From NCBI GenBank assembly GCA_022646745.1, contig CP060262.1:1751149-1815148 (forward strand): a stretch of 64,000 bases of DNA, in the 5' to 3' direction. Source of the stretch: Planctomycetales bacterium. Its GTDB lineage: Bacteria; 4484-113; JAFGCY01. Both the position numbers and the translations under genes were made by a program. Below are positions 53,214-62,629 of this stretch, piece by piece. Position 1 is the first letter of the stretch. Each line of letters opens with the position of its first letter. Below the pieces are notes generated by a model. That model was not told the origin of the DNA, did no database searches, and saw nothing but the letters and a program-made list of their open reading frames with translations.

Positions 53214-53729
53214 ATGGACGGACTCGGTTTCTTCTACGGTTCGAGGATACTCGGACGCTCCCCGGCCTTCTGGCCGCTGGTGCTGATCACCCTGGTGCTG
53301 ACCTTCAGCACCTACGACTCAGGCAAGGGCCTGCGCAGCATCTTCCTCGGGACCTGGCACGGCATCCCGGTGATCCTGCTGATCTTGCTGGCAATGGGAC
53401 TGACATTCTGGCTGGATCACTACCTGGAGAAGAGCACCCGCGAGGAGCTGGGCCAGGAGATCGAGAAGAACGAAGCCGCATTCACGGCAGCGCACCGCCC
53501 GGGTGGCTGGAAGCAGTACTACGGCATCGAGGAGCAGCAGCAGCCTGAAGTGCTGCTGGTACCGGACAGGCTGCGCCGGCAGGGCTGGCGGGCCAGCTAC
53601 GGTGAGGCTGGTGACCGGCTGGCGGATATGGCCCAGCGGTACCGCGAGGAGCAGGAGAAGCTGCGCCGCCAGGCTGACAACCTGGACTGGGTGCGAGGGC
53701 GCAGCGGAGACGGGAACGGATCACTCTGA
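53214..53729 (+). CDS. Small membrane protein (171 aa, 2 TM)
   Basis: PAFWPLVLITLVLTFSTY and IPVILLILLAMGLTFWL helices, then a charged coiled-coil-like tail. Preceded by a ~130-nt structured leader. Confidence 0.5.
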   Translation: MDGLGFFYGSRILGRSPAFWPLVLITLVLTFSTYDSGKGLRSIFLGTWHGIPVILLILLAMGLTFWLDHYLEKSTREELGQEIEKNEAAFTAAHRPGGWKQYYGIEEQQQPEVLLVPDRLRRQGWRASYGEAGDRLADMAQRYREEQEKLRRQADNLDWVRGRSGDGNGSL

Positions 53730-53881
53730 CACAAGCACAGCATCCACGGCCATCCGGGTGGACGGCCGGCGGGCCGGACAGTCCCGCCGGGGGGACAGGT
53801 GGGGACCGATGGATGCACAGGGACAGTAGGGGCCACGGGAGGCGTTGGATACAACCGCGCCTCCCTTGGGCGTTTCTGTCC

Positions 53882-56800
53882 CTACTCGATGCAGATCGCG
53901 AGACCCATTCCTCCAGTGGTGGTTGTTCCTGCAACATCATTTCCGATCATCATCGCGTTTGGTTTGCGGGAGATGGTCGGCCCGCTAGTGACAGGTAGCC
54001 AGCTGCTGCCGTTGACATCCAGCCCACGCTGCAGGCTTGTGGTGAAGGGGCATTCATATATCCTGGGCAGGCCACTGCGATCCAGCAGTTGCGGGTAGTT
54101 GCCATAGGTGTTGGCTGTTGCGCCCAGTAGGTACTCGGTGCCGGACCAGCTGCTGCCATCCGCATTGTCAGACCGGATGTAGTAGAGCTGGTTCCAATTG
54201 AACAGCGCCATTGCCGGATAGCCGTCGATGATGGCCAGGTCGGGCCTGGAACGGAACTGCGCTACTGCAATCGGGGCGTTCCATGAACTGCCATCCGCAC
54301 TGCTGGCACGCAGGTACCAGATATAGCCCACTGACTCATCTGCATATGTGATGGCCGGATTGCCGTTCACGATGATCATGTCAGTGTCATGACCCGTGTC
54401 AGCCGTGCTGTCCAGCACCTGCACGCTGCCCCAGCTCGTGCCCTGTGCATCAAGCGCCCGGATGAAACACAGTCTGTTGGCAAGGTCATCCTGGAAGGAG
54501 AGGGCCGGATAACCGTCAACGATTGCCCCGCTGGAAAACACCACGCCGAGCCCGGTTGGGATGTCCACCGGTGCACTGGTCCAGCTGCTGCCGGAGGCAT
54601 CGTCAGCCCGGATGATCCTGAGCGTGTCAACCACATTGCGGCTGTAGATCACGGCCGGGTGTCCGTCCGCCTCAATCAGCTGCAGGCTGAGAATCGTGCC
54701 GCTGCCCACGATCTGGACCGGTGTGCTCCAGGCCCGGCCATCCGCCTGGCTGGCAATCGCAAAGCGGATTCCGGAACCGGATGGAGCAGTCGAGTAAGCC
54801 ACGGCGGGCATGCCGCCGATCAGCTCCAGGTCCTGGTAGTCCCCGACATTCACGCTGCTGTCAATTGGCACCAGCAGCGGGTTGCAGTCGATCGTCAGGC
54901 TGTCCGTGTGCACATGACCATCGTTGTCAGTCACCTGCATCACCACTGTGTAGTCACCGATGCCGAAGTCATGGGAGACGGTCGGGTCCGTGCCGCTTGC
55001 CTCGTCATAGCTTCCATCGCCGTCCCAGTCCCAGGAGTAGTCGACAATGCTGCCATCCACATCGAATGACTGGCTGGCATCGAAGTTCACCGTCAGGATG
55101 CATTCACCTGCTGTCACGTCGCTGGTGAGGATGGCGTAGGGCCAGTATTCACCATCCCCTCCCAGGGCAAGTAACTGGCCATCCACGGGTAGATAGGTAG
55201 TCCCGTCAGTGCCGATCACGGGCTGGTAGGTTGCGGGGGCATCGTCCTGCAGGGCATAAACCCAGTCTGACAGCCCGGTGGAACTGGCAATCCCACGAGC
55301 GTCGTCATTGGTGCCGCAGATTATTGAATCGGAGGCATCCACTGTCGGATTGTGAAAGATGCTGAACGAATTCAGGAAGTTCCAGTTCTGGTTGCCGGCC
55401 GGGTCATATGAACGAATGCTGCTGTTCTTGTAGGCAATGATGTTGCCGGCATTGTCTACCCCGAAATGGCCGACTCCCCCGAAGAACAGATCCTGCCAGT
55501 CAAGAGTTCCGTCAGGCAGGTAGCTGTACACATGTGTGAATCCCACGATGATGTTCCCTGTGGGGGTGACCAATGGTGCCACATCGGGAGAGGAGGGCAC
55601 CTTCCACTGGAAATTGCCGTCAGGATCCACACAGTAGACAAAGTCATTAGTCGGGAAGATGATGTTGCCGGACAGGTCAAAGCAGCTGGCCTGGCTGACA
55701 TCGTAGTTCTTTCCTGTGCTGTATTCCCAGAGGAAATTGCCGTCTGGATCATGGCACACAAGACGGGCGGGGGATTCGGTGGAATAGTAGATATTGCCGT
55801 TCGGTCCGATGCTGGCCGTGGTGTACATCTCCGCAGTGTGGCCCGATTTCCAAAGGAAGTTGCCATTGAAGTCGATCTTCTCCAGCTGGGCATCGCTCGC
55901 ACTCGACGTGAGGATGCCGTCCACCGCCAGACACGGGCCGATTACCGGCCCCCAGGTCGGGTAGGTCCACAGCTCCTGGCTGTCCTGGCTGATCGCGCGC
56001 AGAAGCGCTCCATCATTCAGCAGCACAACATCATCGGGTGTGATTACCAGGTTACGTGGAGAGTTGCTGAAGTGCAGGTACCATCGCCTGTCCGGATCCG
56101 GGTCTGCAATGTTCATTGACTGACCGTTGCCCCTGGAATTTCCATTGGCCGTCCACCACACATCATCGCCGGGCGGGCTGGGGGCGGTGCAGATCTCCAT
56201 CGTGCGCGTACTGAAGACACCTGAGTCGTCATAGGCATAACAGACAACCACATGCCGCAGGGTACCGGACAGGGTCGTCCCCGTTGTCGGCGAACTGCCC
56301 GTCTCATCCATCACACCGTCGCCATCGAAGTCCCAGCGGTATTCCACGATGGAGCCGTCGGGGTCGTAGGAAGCCGAGGCGTCGAAGCTGACCGACAGGG
56401 GGCTGGCCCCGCTGTAGGCACTGGCGGTGCACAGCACCACCGGCAACTGGTTTGCAGCGCTGACGGTCACCTGCAGGCTGTCGTTGTCCTGCAGCCCGTC
56501 GTTGTCAGTCACGCGCAGGGTGACGGTGAATTCACCGGCGTCATTGAAGGTCCAGTCAACGGTATCGCCGGCATCGGTCAGGTCCCAGACACCGTCCGTG
56601 TTGAAGTCGTAGTCGTAGCTGACGATGCTGCCGTCCGGGTCGCTGGAGCCTGTGGCGTCGAAGTTCACCTGCAGCGGGGCTTCGCCGGAATTCAAATCAG
56701 AAGCCAGCACGGCAATCGGTGGCGTACCTTCAATGGGCGGGTTGCCGATGCAGCTCAGCATGCCGTTTGGCATCACGATCAGCACCCTGCCGTCAGCCCC

Positions 56801-59494
56801 GATCACCGGGCCGTGGAAGGTGCCAGTGCCCATGTCCTGGTCAAAGAACAGATTGCCATTGGCATCGAATGCCATCACCCAGCCGCTTGAGTCATTGAAG
56901 TAAGTGTTGTCCTGTGAGTCGATTGCCACACCACGGATGCCGTAGATATGTGGCTTGACATGCCAGTCAACCGAGCCATCGGAGGGATCAACCTGGTAGA
57001 TGTCACCGGAGCTGGTTCCGATGCGCAGCTTGCCATCGCGGGACTCAGCGCTGATCACGTGGTTGTCCGCCAGCGGAACTGACCACTGCTCCTGCAGCTG
57101 GCTGTCATAGGCGACGAGATTCGCATCGGTGTCGCCGACCATCAGCAAACCATCCCGGTTCAGCATCGCGATGCCCCGTGCACCGAGCATATCCTCAGTC
57201 AGTGCTGCATCAATTGAGGTCCAGCTGTACCAGCCGATGCCACTGCCGTAGACGACGCCCCGTGCCCCGTCAATCATCGGCATTGTCAGGCCGCCCTGCG
57301 TCGGCAGGTCCAGCTGCCAGAAGGTATTCCCGCTGCCGTCGATCAGTGCGACCTTGTCCGTGCCGACCAGCAGCGCGCGGTCCAGGGCATGGCTGTAGGT
57401 GGCACTGAGCACTGGGTCCGTCAGTCCGCTGGTCTGCCAGACCTGCGCTCCGCTGGCATCCAGGCAGACCGCGCCGCCGGCCGTGGATGGCACCAGCAGG
57501 TGGTCATCGTCAATCACGCTGATCTCGGGGGCACCGCTGATCGGCTTGTCCCAGTTCAGCCCGCCGTCCTTGTCCAGGCTGAACATCACGTTGTCAGTGG
57601 TGGCGAAGTAGATGTTGCCGGCGCTGTCAACCACGGGAATATGGTGGATCGTGCCCGGTGCCGGTGCATCGTAGGTCCACAGCACTTCCGCTCCGGCAGT
57701 GAATCCGGGCGAGGGACTGCGCCGCGTGTTCCAGGCGGTTGCCCCCGGCACGGGCCAGCTCGAGTGGAAGATGTGCACCGCCGCACTTGTGCTGTCCTGG
57801 AATCCGTTGTTGTCAGTCACCCGCAGCCTGACGCGGTAGCTGCCGGGGCTGTTGAACTGGTGCGTCAGCGTATCCTCGCTGCCCTGCTGGTCATAGCTGC
57901 CGTCACCGTCAAAGTCCCATTCATACAGTTCGATTGTGCCGTCAGGGTCCATGCTGGCACTGCCGTCAAGCTGGACCAGGGCGCCGGCAAAGCCGTCGCT
58001 CTCGGGATACGCAAGGACCGCAACCGGTGGTTCTCCGGATGCCGCAACACTGATCTGCAGCTCATCGGTGTCAACTGCCCCGTTGTCATCAATCACCCGG
58101 AAACGGGCGGTGAACTCCCCGGGCTGCATGTAGACATGCACATACGGCGTGATCGGGTCGGGGCCGGAGATGTCGTAGAAGCCGTCACCGTCATAGTCAA
58201 GCGCATAATCCACGATGTAGCCGTCAGGGTCCGAAGCCGTGCTGCTGAAGCCGACGGACAGCGGCGCATCACCGGAAAGCACATCTGCCGCGGCTGCGAC
58301 CTGTGGCGGCTGGTTGTCAGTTACCAGCACGCAGCAGGCTGCCAGCCGAACCGCCTGCTGGTCCGCCGTACGCGAGAGGATGCCGGGACGCATGAAGCCT
58401 GCTGGCTGAGCCACGGTCGTGAAGCTGCCCAGCACCTGTCCGGTCTGCTCGAAGCTGCCGTCACCGTTGCCATCGAGGTCATAGCTCTCCGCTCCGACCA
58501 CATCAACATCCAGTAGCGTATCGGTCTTTGGCTCATTTGAGTCCGGCAGCAGCAGTGGAATGGAGGCGGTACCGATGCCGGGCTCAAACTGCAGCACATC
58601 ACTAAGCAGGCCCTGATTGCCAGCGAAGTCGACGGCTGTCAGGGCAGCCCAGCCACCGCCGGGCATTTCCAGCTGGCAGAGCGGGCCGGCAAACAGGAAC
58701 TCGTGCAGGGTCACACCCGGGTCCCCCGTCCCGCTGAACTGGCTGGACGATGTATAGAGCCGGTAACCGGCGATCGAGGGATCCGCAAGCCTTGTCCAGC
58801 CTGCCAGGATGCCGCCGGCAGCCGGCTGCACGAAGAAGTCCTCCACCGCATCGGGCGAAGTGAAGTCCTCAGTATCAAGCATGTTGACGGAACAGTTGAC
58901 CACATCCAGCCGAGCGCCCTGGCTGGCAACCACGGCGACGAATGTGTTGCCAAGCGAACTCGTGTAGTCTGTGGCATTGTCGAACAGCGGAATGCGCAGC
59001 TGGCTGTCGTGGATCGGGCCGAACCAGTCCCAGCGGCCTGTGGTGTAGTTCGCCAGCCCGACCGAATAGCTGCTGGCCTTGCCTTTCGAGTCCTCCAGCG
59101 GATTGATGTCAAGGCTCACTACCGCCGGGCTGCCACCATGGTTGTCAATCCGGTAGATGCACGATGCACTGGAATCTGCGGATGCGCCGCCGGTAAGCCT
59201 GGCTGCAATGCCCATCCGTATCACATCACCACTGCGCCGGAACCAGTCAAATCCAAGTACGACTTCAGACTGGTCATTGATTGCCAACGGACTGCGCTGG
59301 TTGAACTGTGATTGCGGATCCAGTTCCCAGGCATGCGGCCTGTCCTGCGGAATCACGGTAAACGGGTCAGGGCTTGCGGCTAATGTTCCAGCCGGCTCAA
59401 GGCCGGATTGCTGGCCGAACTGTCCGCCCCCACAGGATATGCAAATCATTGCAAGCAAGACGGTTGAGCTGAGCAATGAAAGTAGAGATTTCAT
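53882..59494 (-). CDS. Giant (1870 aa) cell-surface lipoprotein: W-G-P domain + multiple PKD domains + PQQ-like beta-propeller + C-terminal BNR/Asp-box propeller
   Basis: Start MKSLLSLLSSTVLLAMICISCGG (ATG 59492-59494). N-terminal domain …NYTTGRWDWFGPIHD… homologous to the 21312/22287 lipoproteins. At least 5 PKD motifs (YALDYDGDGFYD, YEWDFDGDGSYD, YDYDFNTDGVWD, YRWDFDGDGVMD, YSWDWDGDGSYD). PQQ-like repeats (…GNIYFATTDNVMFSLDKDGGLNW…). Six C-terminal SxDxGxxW Asp-box repeats (SADGSSW, NADGSSW, DASGSSW, DAQGTSW, QADGRAW, DVNGSSW). Confidence 0.8.
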   Translation of the reverse strand: MKSLLSLLSSTVLLAMICISCGGGQFGQQSGLEPAGTLAASPDPFTVIPQDRPHAWELDPQSQFNQRSPLAINDQSEVVLGFDWFRRSGDVIRMGIAARLTGGASADSSASCIYRIDNHGGSPAVVSLDINPLEDSKGKASSYSVGLANYTTGRWDWFGPIHDSQLRIPLFDNATDYTSSLGNTFVAVVASQGARLDVVNCSVNMLDTEDFTSPDAVEDFFVQPAAGGILAGWTRLADPSIAGYRLYTSSSQFSGTGDPGVTLHEFLFAGPLCQLEMPGGGWAALTAVDFAGNQGLLSDVLQFEPGIGTASIPLLLPDSNEPKTDTLLDVDVVGAESYDLDGNGDGSFEQTGQVLGSFTTVAQPAGFMRPGILSRTADQQAVRLAACCVLVTDNQPPQVAAAADVLSGDAPLSVGFSSTASDPDGYIVDYALDYDGDGFYDISGPDPITPYVHVYMQPGEFTARFRVIDDNGAVDTDELQISVAASGEPPVAVLAYPESDGFAGALVQLDGSASMDPDGTIELYEWDFDGDGSYDQQGSEDTLTHQFNSPGSYRVRLRVTDNNGFQDSTSAAVHIFHSSWPVPGATAWNTRRSPSPGFTAGAEVLWTYDAPAPGTIHHIPVVDSAGNIYFATTDNVMFSLDKDGGLNWDKPISGAPEISVIDDDHLLVPSTAGGAVCLDASGAQVWQTSGLTDPVLSATYSHALDRALLVGTDKVALIDGSGNTFWQLDLPTQGGLTMPMIDGARGVVYGSGIGWYSWTSIDAALTEDMLGARGIAMLNRDGLLMVGDTDANLVAYDSQLQEQWSVPLADNHVISAESRDGKLRIGTSSGDIYQVDPSDGSVDWHVKPHIYGIRGVAIDSQDNTYFNDSSGWVMAFDANGNLFFDQDMGTGTFHGPVIGADGRVLIVMPNGMLSCIGNPPIEGTPPIAVLASDLNSGEAPLQVNFDATGSSDPDGSIVSYDYDFNTDGVWDLTDAGDTVDWTFNDAGEFTVTLRVTDNDGLQDNDSLQVTVSAANQLPVVLCTASAYSGASPLSVSFDASASYDPDGSIVEYRWDFDGDGVMDETGSSPTTGTTLSGTLRHVVVCYAYDDSGVFSTRTMEICTAPSPPGDDVWWTANGNSRGNGQSMNIADPDPDRRWYLHFSNSPRNLVITPDDVVLLNDGALLRAISQDSQELWTYPTWGPVIGPCLAVDGILTSSASDAQLEKIDFNGNFLWKSGHTAEMYTTASIGPNGNIYYSTESPARLVCHDPDGNFLWEYSTGKNYDVSQASCFDLSGNIIFPTNDFVYCVDPDGNFQWKVPSSPDVAPLVTPTGNIIVGFTHVYSYLPDGTLDWQDLFFGGVGHFGVDNAGNIIAYKNSSIRSYDPAGNQNWNFLNSFSIFHNPTVDASDSIICGTNDDARGIASSTGLSDWVYALQDDAPATYQPVIGTDGTTYLPVDGQLLALGGDGEYWPYAILTSDVTAGECILTVNFDASQSFDVDGSIVDYSWDWDGDGSYDEASGTDPTVSHDFGIGDYTVVMQVTDNDGHVHTDSLTIDCNPLLVPIDSSVNVGDYQDLELIGGMPAVAYSTAPSGSGIRFAIASQADGRAWSTPVQIVGSGTILSLQLIEADGHPAVIYSRNVVDTLRIIRADDASGSSWTSAPVDIPTGLGVVFSSGAIVDGYPALSFQDDLANRLCFIRALDAQGTSWGSVQVLDSTADTGHDTDMIIVNGNPAITYADESVGYIWYLRASSADGSSWNAPIAVAQFRSRPDLAIIDGYPAMALFNWNQLYYIRSDNADGSSWSGTEYLLGATANTYGNYPQLLDRSGLPRIYECPFTTSLQRGLDVNGSSWLPVTSGPTISRKPNAMMIGNDVAGTTTTGGMGLAICIE

Positions 59495-59578
59495 GAACTG
59501 TCCGCCATATCGGAATAAGCAAGACTGTATCAAAATCTCCTATGCACATGCAATATGCAGCCAAATCAGTCGCCGGGT

Positions 59579-59604
59579 AACAAAAAGGCCCGCCGGAGCG
59601 GGCC
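59579..59604 (-). terminator. Rho-independent terminator for the Cys-rich lipoprotein gene (GGCCCGC-TCCG-GCGGGCC + TTTTTGT on minus strand)
   Basis: Perfect 7-bp GC stem with a T5 tail when read on the minus strand, ~70 nt after the 59672 stop. Confidence 0.6.
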
Positions 59605-59671
59605 TCTAAGTTGTTCAGGTTCCAGCCTGCAGCCGGCTCTCACCGCCTGCATTGCCCGAATGGCGAAGGGC

Positions 59672-60196
59672 TTAACCCTTGGTGCCGGTCTCGGTGCTGG
59701 CAGTGTCGTCCTTCTCCGTGGACTTCTCCTTGCCTTCGCAGTCACCGCAGTCCTTGCCATCGCAGTCGCCGCAGTCCTTGCCTTCCTTGCCCTCGCAGCC
59801 TTCCTTGCCCTCACAGCCTTCCTTACCGCAGCAGTCCTTCTCGCCTTCGCCGCCCATGCTGGCGTCGGTGGTCACGATGCCTTCCTTGGCCTCGGCGGCG
59901 CAATGCTCACAGGTGCCACCCTCGGCAGCAGCGCACTCAGCGCAGGCTTCCTTGGAAGCAGCCTCGGTCGCCTTGTCACCGGCACAACCGGCGCAGCTGC
60001 TGCAGCCGCCTTCAGCGGCCTCAGCGCCACAGGGGTTGGCAGCCGGGGGAGCCACACCGGTGTCGGTGCTGGCGTTGACGGTCTCGACGGCCTTGCCGTT
60101 GTCGGCGGCATCCGCGCTGTAGTTGCTGTCATTACAGCCGGCTGCCACCAGGATGGCCGCCAGCGCAAGAAGAAGCATTGCAATTCTGAATTTCAT
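59672..60196 (-). CDS. Cys-rich repetitive lipoprotein (174 aa), metal-binding-like C(G/E)(K/D)(E/D)GC repeats
   Basis: RBS AAGGAGAT. MKFRIAMLLLALAAILVAAGCNDS lipobox. C-terminal CCGKEGCEGKEGCEGKEGKDCGDCDGKDCGDCEGKE. Many CxxC and CAEC pairs. Confidence 0.65.
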   Translation of the reverse strand: MKFRIAMLLLALAAILVAAGCNDSNYSADAADNGKAVETVNASTDTGVAPPAANPCGAEAAEGGCSSCAGCAGDKATEAASKEACAECAAAEGGTCEHCAAEAKEGIVTTDASMGGEGEKDCCGKEGCEGKEGCEGKEGKDCGDCDGKDCGDCEGKEKSTEKDDTASTETGTKG

Positions 60197-60340
60197 CGTT
60201 TGATCTCCTTGGTACTGTGCTCGCCGGCCATCAGACGGACCGGCTGCTACCGCAGCTTGAACGTGCAGACTATATAACATGGCTGCACGACCCTTGCGCA
60301 AATGATCGCAAGACACTGCTCTGACGCAAAACGGCGCGGA

Positions 60341-61069
60341 TTATTCGATTCCGGCATTTGATTCACCTGCTTCATCCTCTGGATCTTCCCTGCTGAAGCG
60401 TGATTCCAGTTCCTCGAGGATCAGCAAAAGCTCGATCCGGCGCCTGAGCATCTCCGGCAGCATGCTGATGAACACCATTCCCATCAGGATCCCGAAGCTC
60501 GGCACATAGGCAAGCTGCGGCAGCTCCAGCAGCTGCCCGATGATCACGATCCCGAGCAGCCCGTACACCGTCCAGCAGGCATATGCGTACCTGCGCAGCG
60601 GGTCACTCTTCCGCGGTGGATGGGTCAGCACGAAGCGGTTTGCGATCAGGTGCTTTGAGGCATAGTGCAGCCAGCCGCGCAGGTCCTGGCCCTGCTGCAC
60701 CCAGGCCTCAAGGGAATTGTCGCGCAGGATGAGCGTGCCGTGCGGCACCTCGCGCTGGTCCATGTGGATGATCATGCGGGTGGCGAACTGCTGCACGGCC
60801 TGGCTGTCCTGCAGCAGCGGCCGGAAACTGTCCATCAGCATCCGGCTCAGGCGGCAGGCCAGCAGGTAGCACAGCCCCCAGCCGGGCAGCAGCATGGCGA
60901 GGCCGAGCAGGATTGGGTTGGGCAACCAGTCCGGTGCGGTCAGGTAGAAATCCAGCGCCAGCATCAGGTTGAAGTACAGCGCGGGCAGCAGCGAGAAGAA
61001 GAACAGCGTATAACCCAGCATCTCATGCTGCACCCGGGCCCGCTCCTTCAGTTCGTGGCCGATGTCCAT
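60341..61069 (-). CDS. 4-TM membrane protein, second triplet, member 1 (operon-distal)
   Basis: 242 aa. TM-TM, loop, TM-TM. C-terminal EMLRRRIELLLILEELE amphipathic helix and an acidic tail. Confidence 0.6.
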   Translation of the reverse strand: MDIGHELKERARVQHEMLGYTLFFFSLLPALYFNLMLALDFYLTAPDWLPNPILLGLAMLLPGWGLCYLLACRLSRMLMDSFRPLLQDSQAVQQFATRMIIHMDQREVPHGTLILRDNSLEAWVQQGQDLRGWLHYASKHLIANRFVLTHPPRKSDPLRRYAYACWTVYGLLGIVIIGQLLELPQLAYVPSFGILMGMVFISMLPEMLRRRIELLLILEELESRFSREDPEDEAGESNAGIE

Positions 61070-61120
61070 CGCGCGCTGATTATAGGGGGATGCCGAAATC
61101 TAGTGGCGTCGCCCCGTCGC

Positions 61121-61864
61121 CTAGGCCCTCAGCCTCCTGATCACTTCCTCGGGCAGCAGGTAGCGCCAGACATTGTTGCGGATAAAGTTTCCACTCAAGA
61201 AAATCAGCAACACAATTTGCATCAGGAACGGATGAGTCAGTTTCACAATATCCAAAACGACGAAAACCATGACAAATGCAACGATTGGAATCATGAAGGA
61301 TGTGATTTTCGCTCCCCTTTTGGAGTCATTGTCCACAGTAAGCGATTCCAGGAATTGCATCCTGTGTCCTAACCAGTTTATCCAGTCCGCTGTTTCCATT
61401 TCAGTGCGAGCTGACTCGCTGAATTTAGTCCCGCCGAAGGTCAGGCAGCCCAGTGCCGGCATTTTCTGCAATTTCTCTTCAGGAATCTGATGTGTCATGA
61501 TCTGCCAGACAGCATCGCCATCCTGAATCCGGGACTTTCCGCTGTTCTCATATTTGGCAACCTGACCGTGAATCCATTTGTCCACCACATATCTTGCAAG
61601 GATTGCCAGACCCAGAGCGACGCAAAACAGGCCCACCTGCCATTTCCATCCGGGGGGAAGTAGTGAATAAACAGGCGGAACCAGCAGATATGGAATGGAC
61701 AGTACCGCGAAAGCGGTTAACCATGTAAAGCCAAAAATCCAGGATGCGAGCATCCGGCGTGCATAATCCGCCTGTCGTTTGAGTTGGATCAACAGGCGTT
61801 CGTGCTCTATCTGGCGAGTCGCCGTTTCCGGTACTGCGTTGCCAGAAGAATCATGTGCACTCAA
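61121..61864 (-). CDS. 4-TM membrane protein, second triplet, member 2
   Basis: C-terminus RYLLPEEVIRRLRA. Start overlaps the upstream stop (ATGA). Confidence 0.6.
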   Translation of the reverse strand: MSAHDSSGNAVPETATRQIEHERLLIQLKRQADYARRMLASWIFGFTWLTAFAVLSIPYLLVPPVYSLLPPGWKWQVGLFCVALGLAILARYVVDKWIHGQVAKYENSGKSRIQDGDAVWQIMTHQIPEEKLQKMPALGCLTFGGTKFSESARTEMETADWINWLGHRMQFLESLTVDNDSKRGAKITSFMIPIVAFVMVFVVLDIVKLTHPFLMQIVLLIFLSGNFIRNNVWRYLLPEEVIRRLRA

Positions 61865-62550
61865 GCCCTCAGTCTCCTCAGCACTTCCTCTGGCAGCAGA
61901 TAGCGCAGCATCTGGGTCCGCATTTGCCCGTCAACCGAGCCGAAGGGTACTAGCATGAAAACCAGTAGCAGTGAAAAGGGTTGCAGCTCCAGGGCAATGC
62001 CACGGGCTTGCAATAGATAAAGTGATATGGATGCAGCCAGCAGAAGTATCATTGCAACGAAGCCTCCATATGGCTGCAACCGCAGATTGGGAAGTTCCTT
62101 TTCAACACGGTGCAACTGGCCCAGCAACCACGTACTCAAATCTTGCCCGTCCTTCAGTTCCACGAACCTGTTCTTCTCCAGCGACGGTTCGCCCTGGAGA
62201 TTGTCAAGGTTGATCCTCCATTCACCTGTCGTACCGGTCATGATGTTGCGCACAGCATCGCTGCCGGCAAGATGCCTGGCCGTTTTGATTCCGATTATCC
62301 GCAGCCGATGATTCAGATACATCCAATAAACTGCTCCAGAAACAATGCCGGCCATGCAACCGGTTTCCCAGGGAATATTGGGGTCATAGGTGATGCCTGG
62401 CAGCTGCTCCTGGATATCTCCGGCAATGGAACCGGCGATCAATCCGCAGAACACGGCCAGTCCGGCGGCCAGGGCGAATATATAAAAGGTCATGCAGCGC
62501 CGCTCGAAGCTGATCGTCTTCTCAAGCCTGTCCGTATAGCTCCCCGTCAC
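61861..62550 (-). CDS. 4-TM membrane protein, second triplet, member 3 (operon-proximal)
   Basis: N-terminal TISFERR motif and loop motif AGSDAVRNIMTGTTGEW, as in triplet 1. C-terminus RYLLPEEVLRRLRA. Confidence 0.6.
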   Translation of the reverse strand: MTGSYTDRLEKTISFERRCMTFYIFALAAGLAVFCGLIAGSIAGDIQEQLPGITYDPNIPWETGCMAGIVSGAVYWMYLNHRLRIIGIKTARHLAGSDAVRNIMTGTTGEWRINLDNLQGEPSLEKNRFVELKDGQDLSTWLLGQLHRVEKELPNLRLQPYGGFVAMILLLAASISLYLLQARGIALELQPFSLLLVFMLVPFGSVDGQMRTQMLRYLLPEEVLRRLRA

Positions 62551-62629
62551 ATCCCAGATTCTACATTGACTTCCATTGCAGCTTACATGGACATCCCGTA
62601 TCTATAATGGATGCGAGGAGCAATGCACC

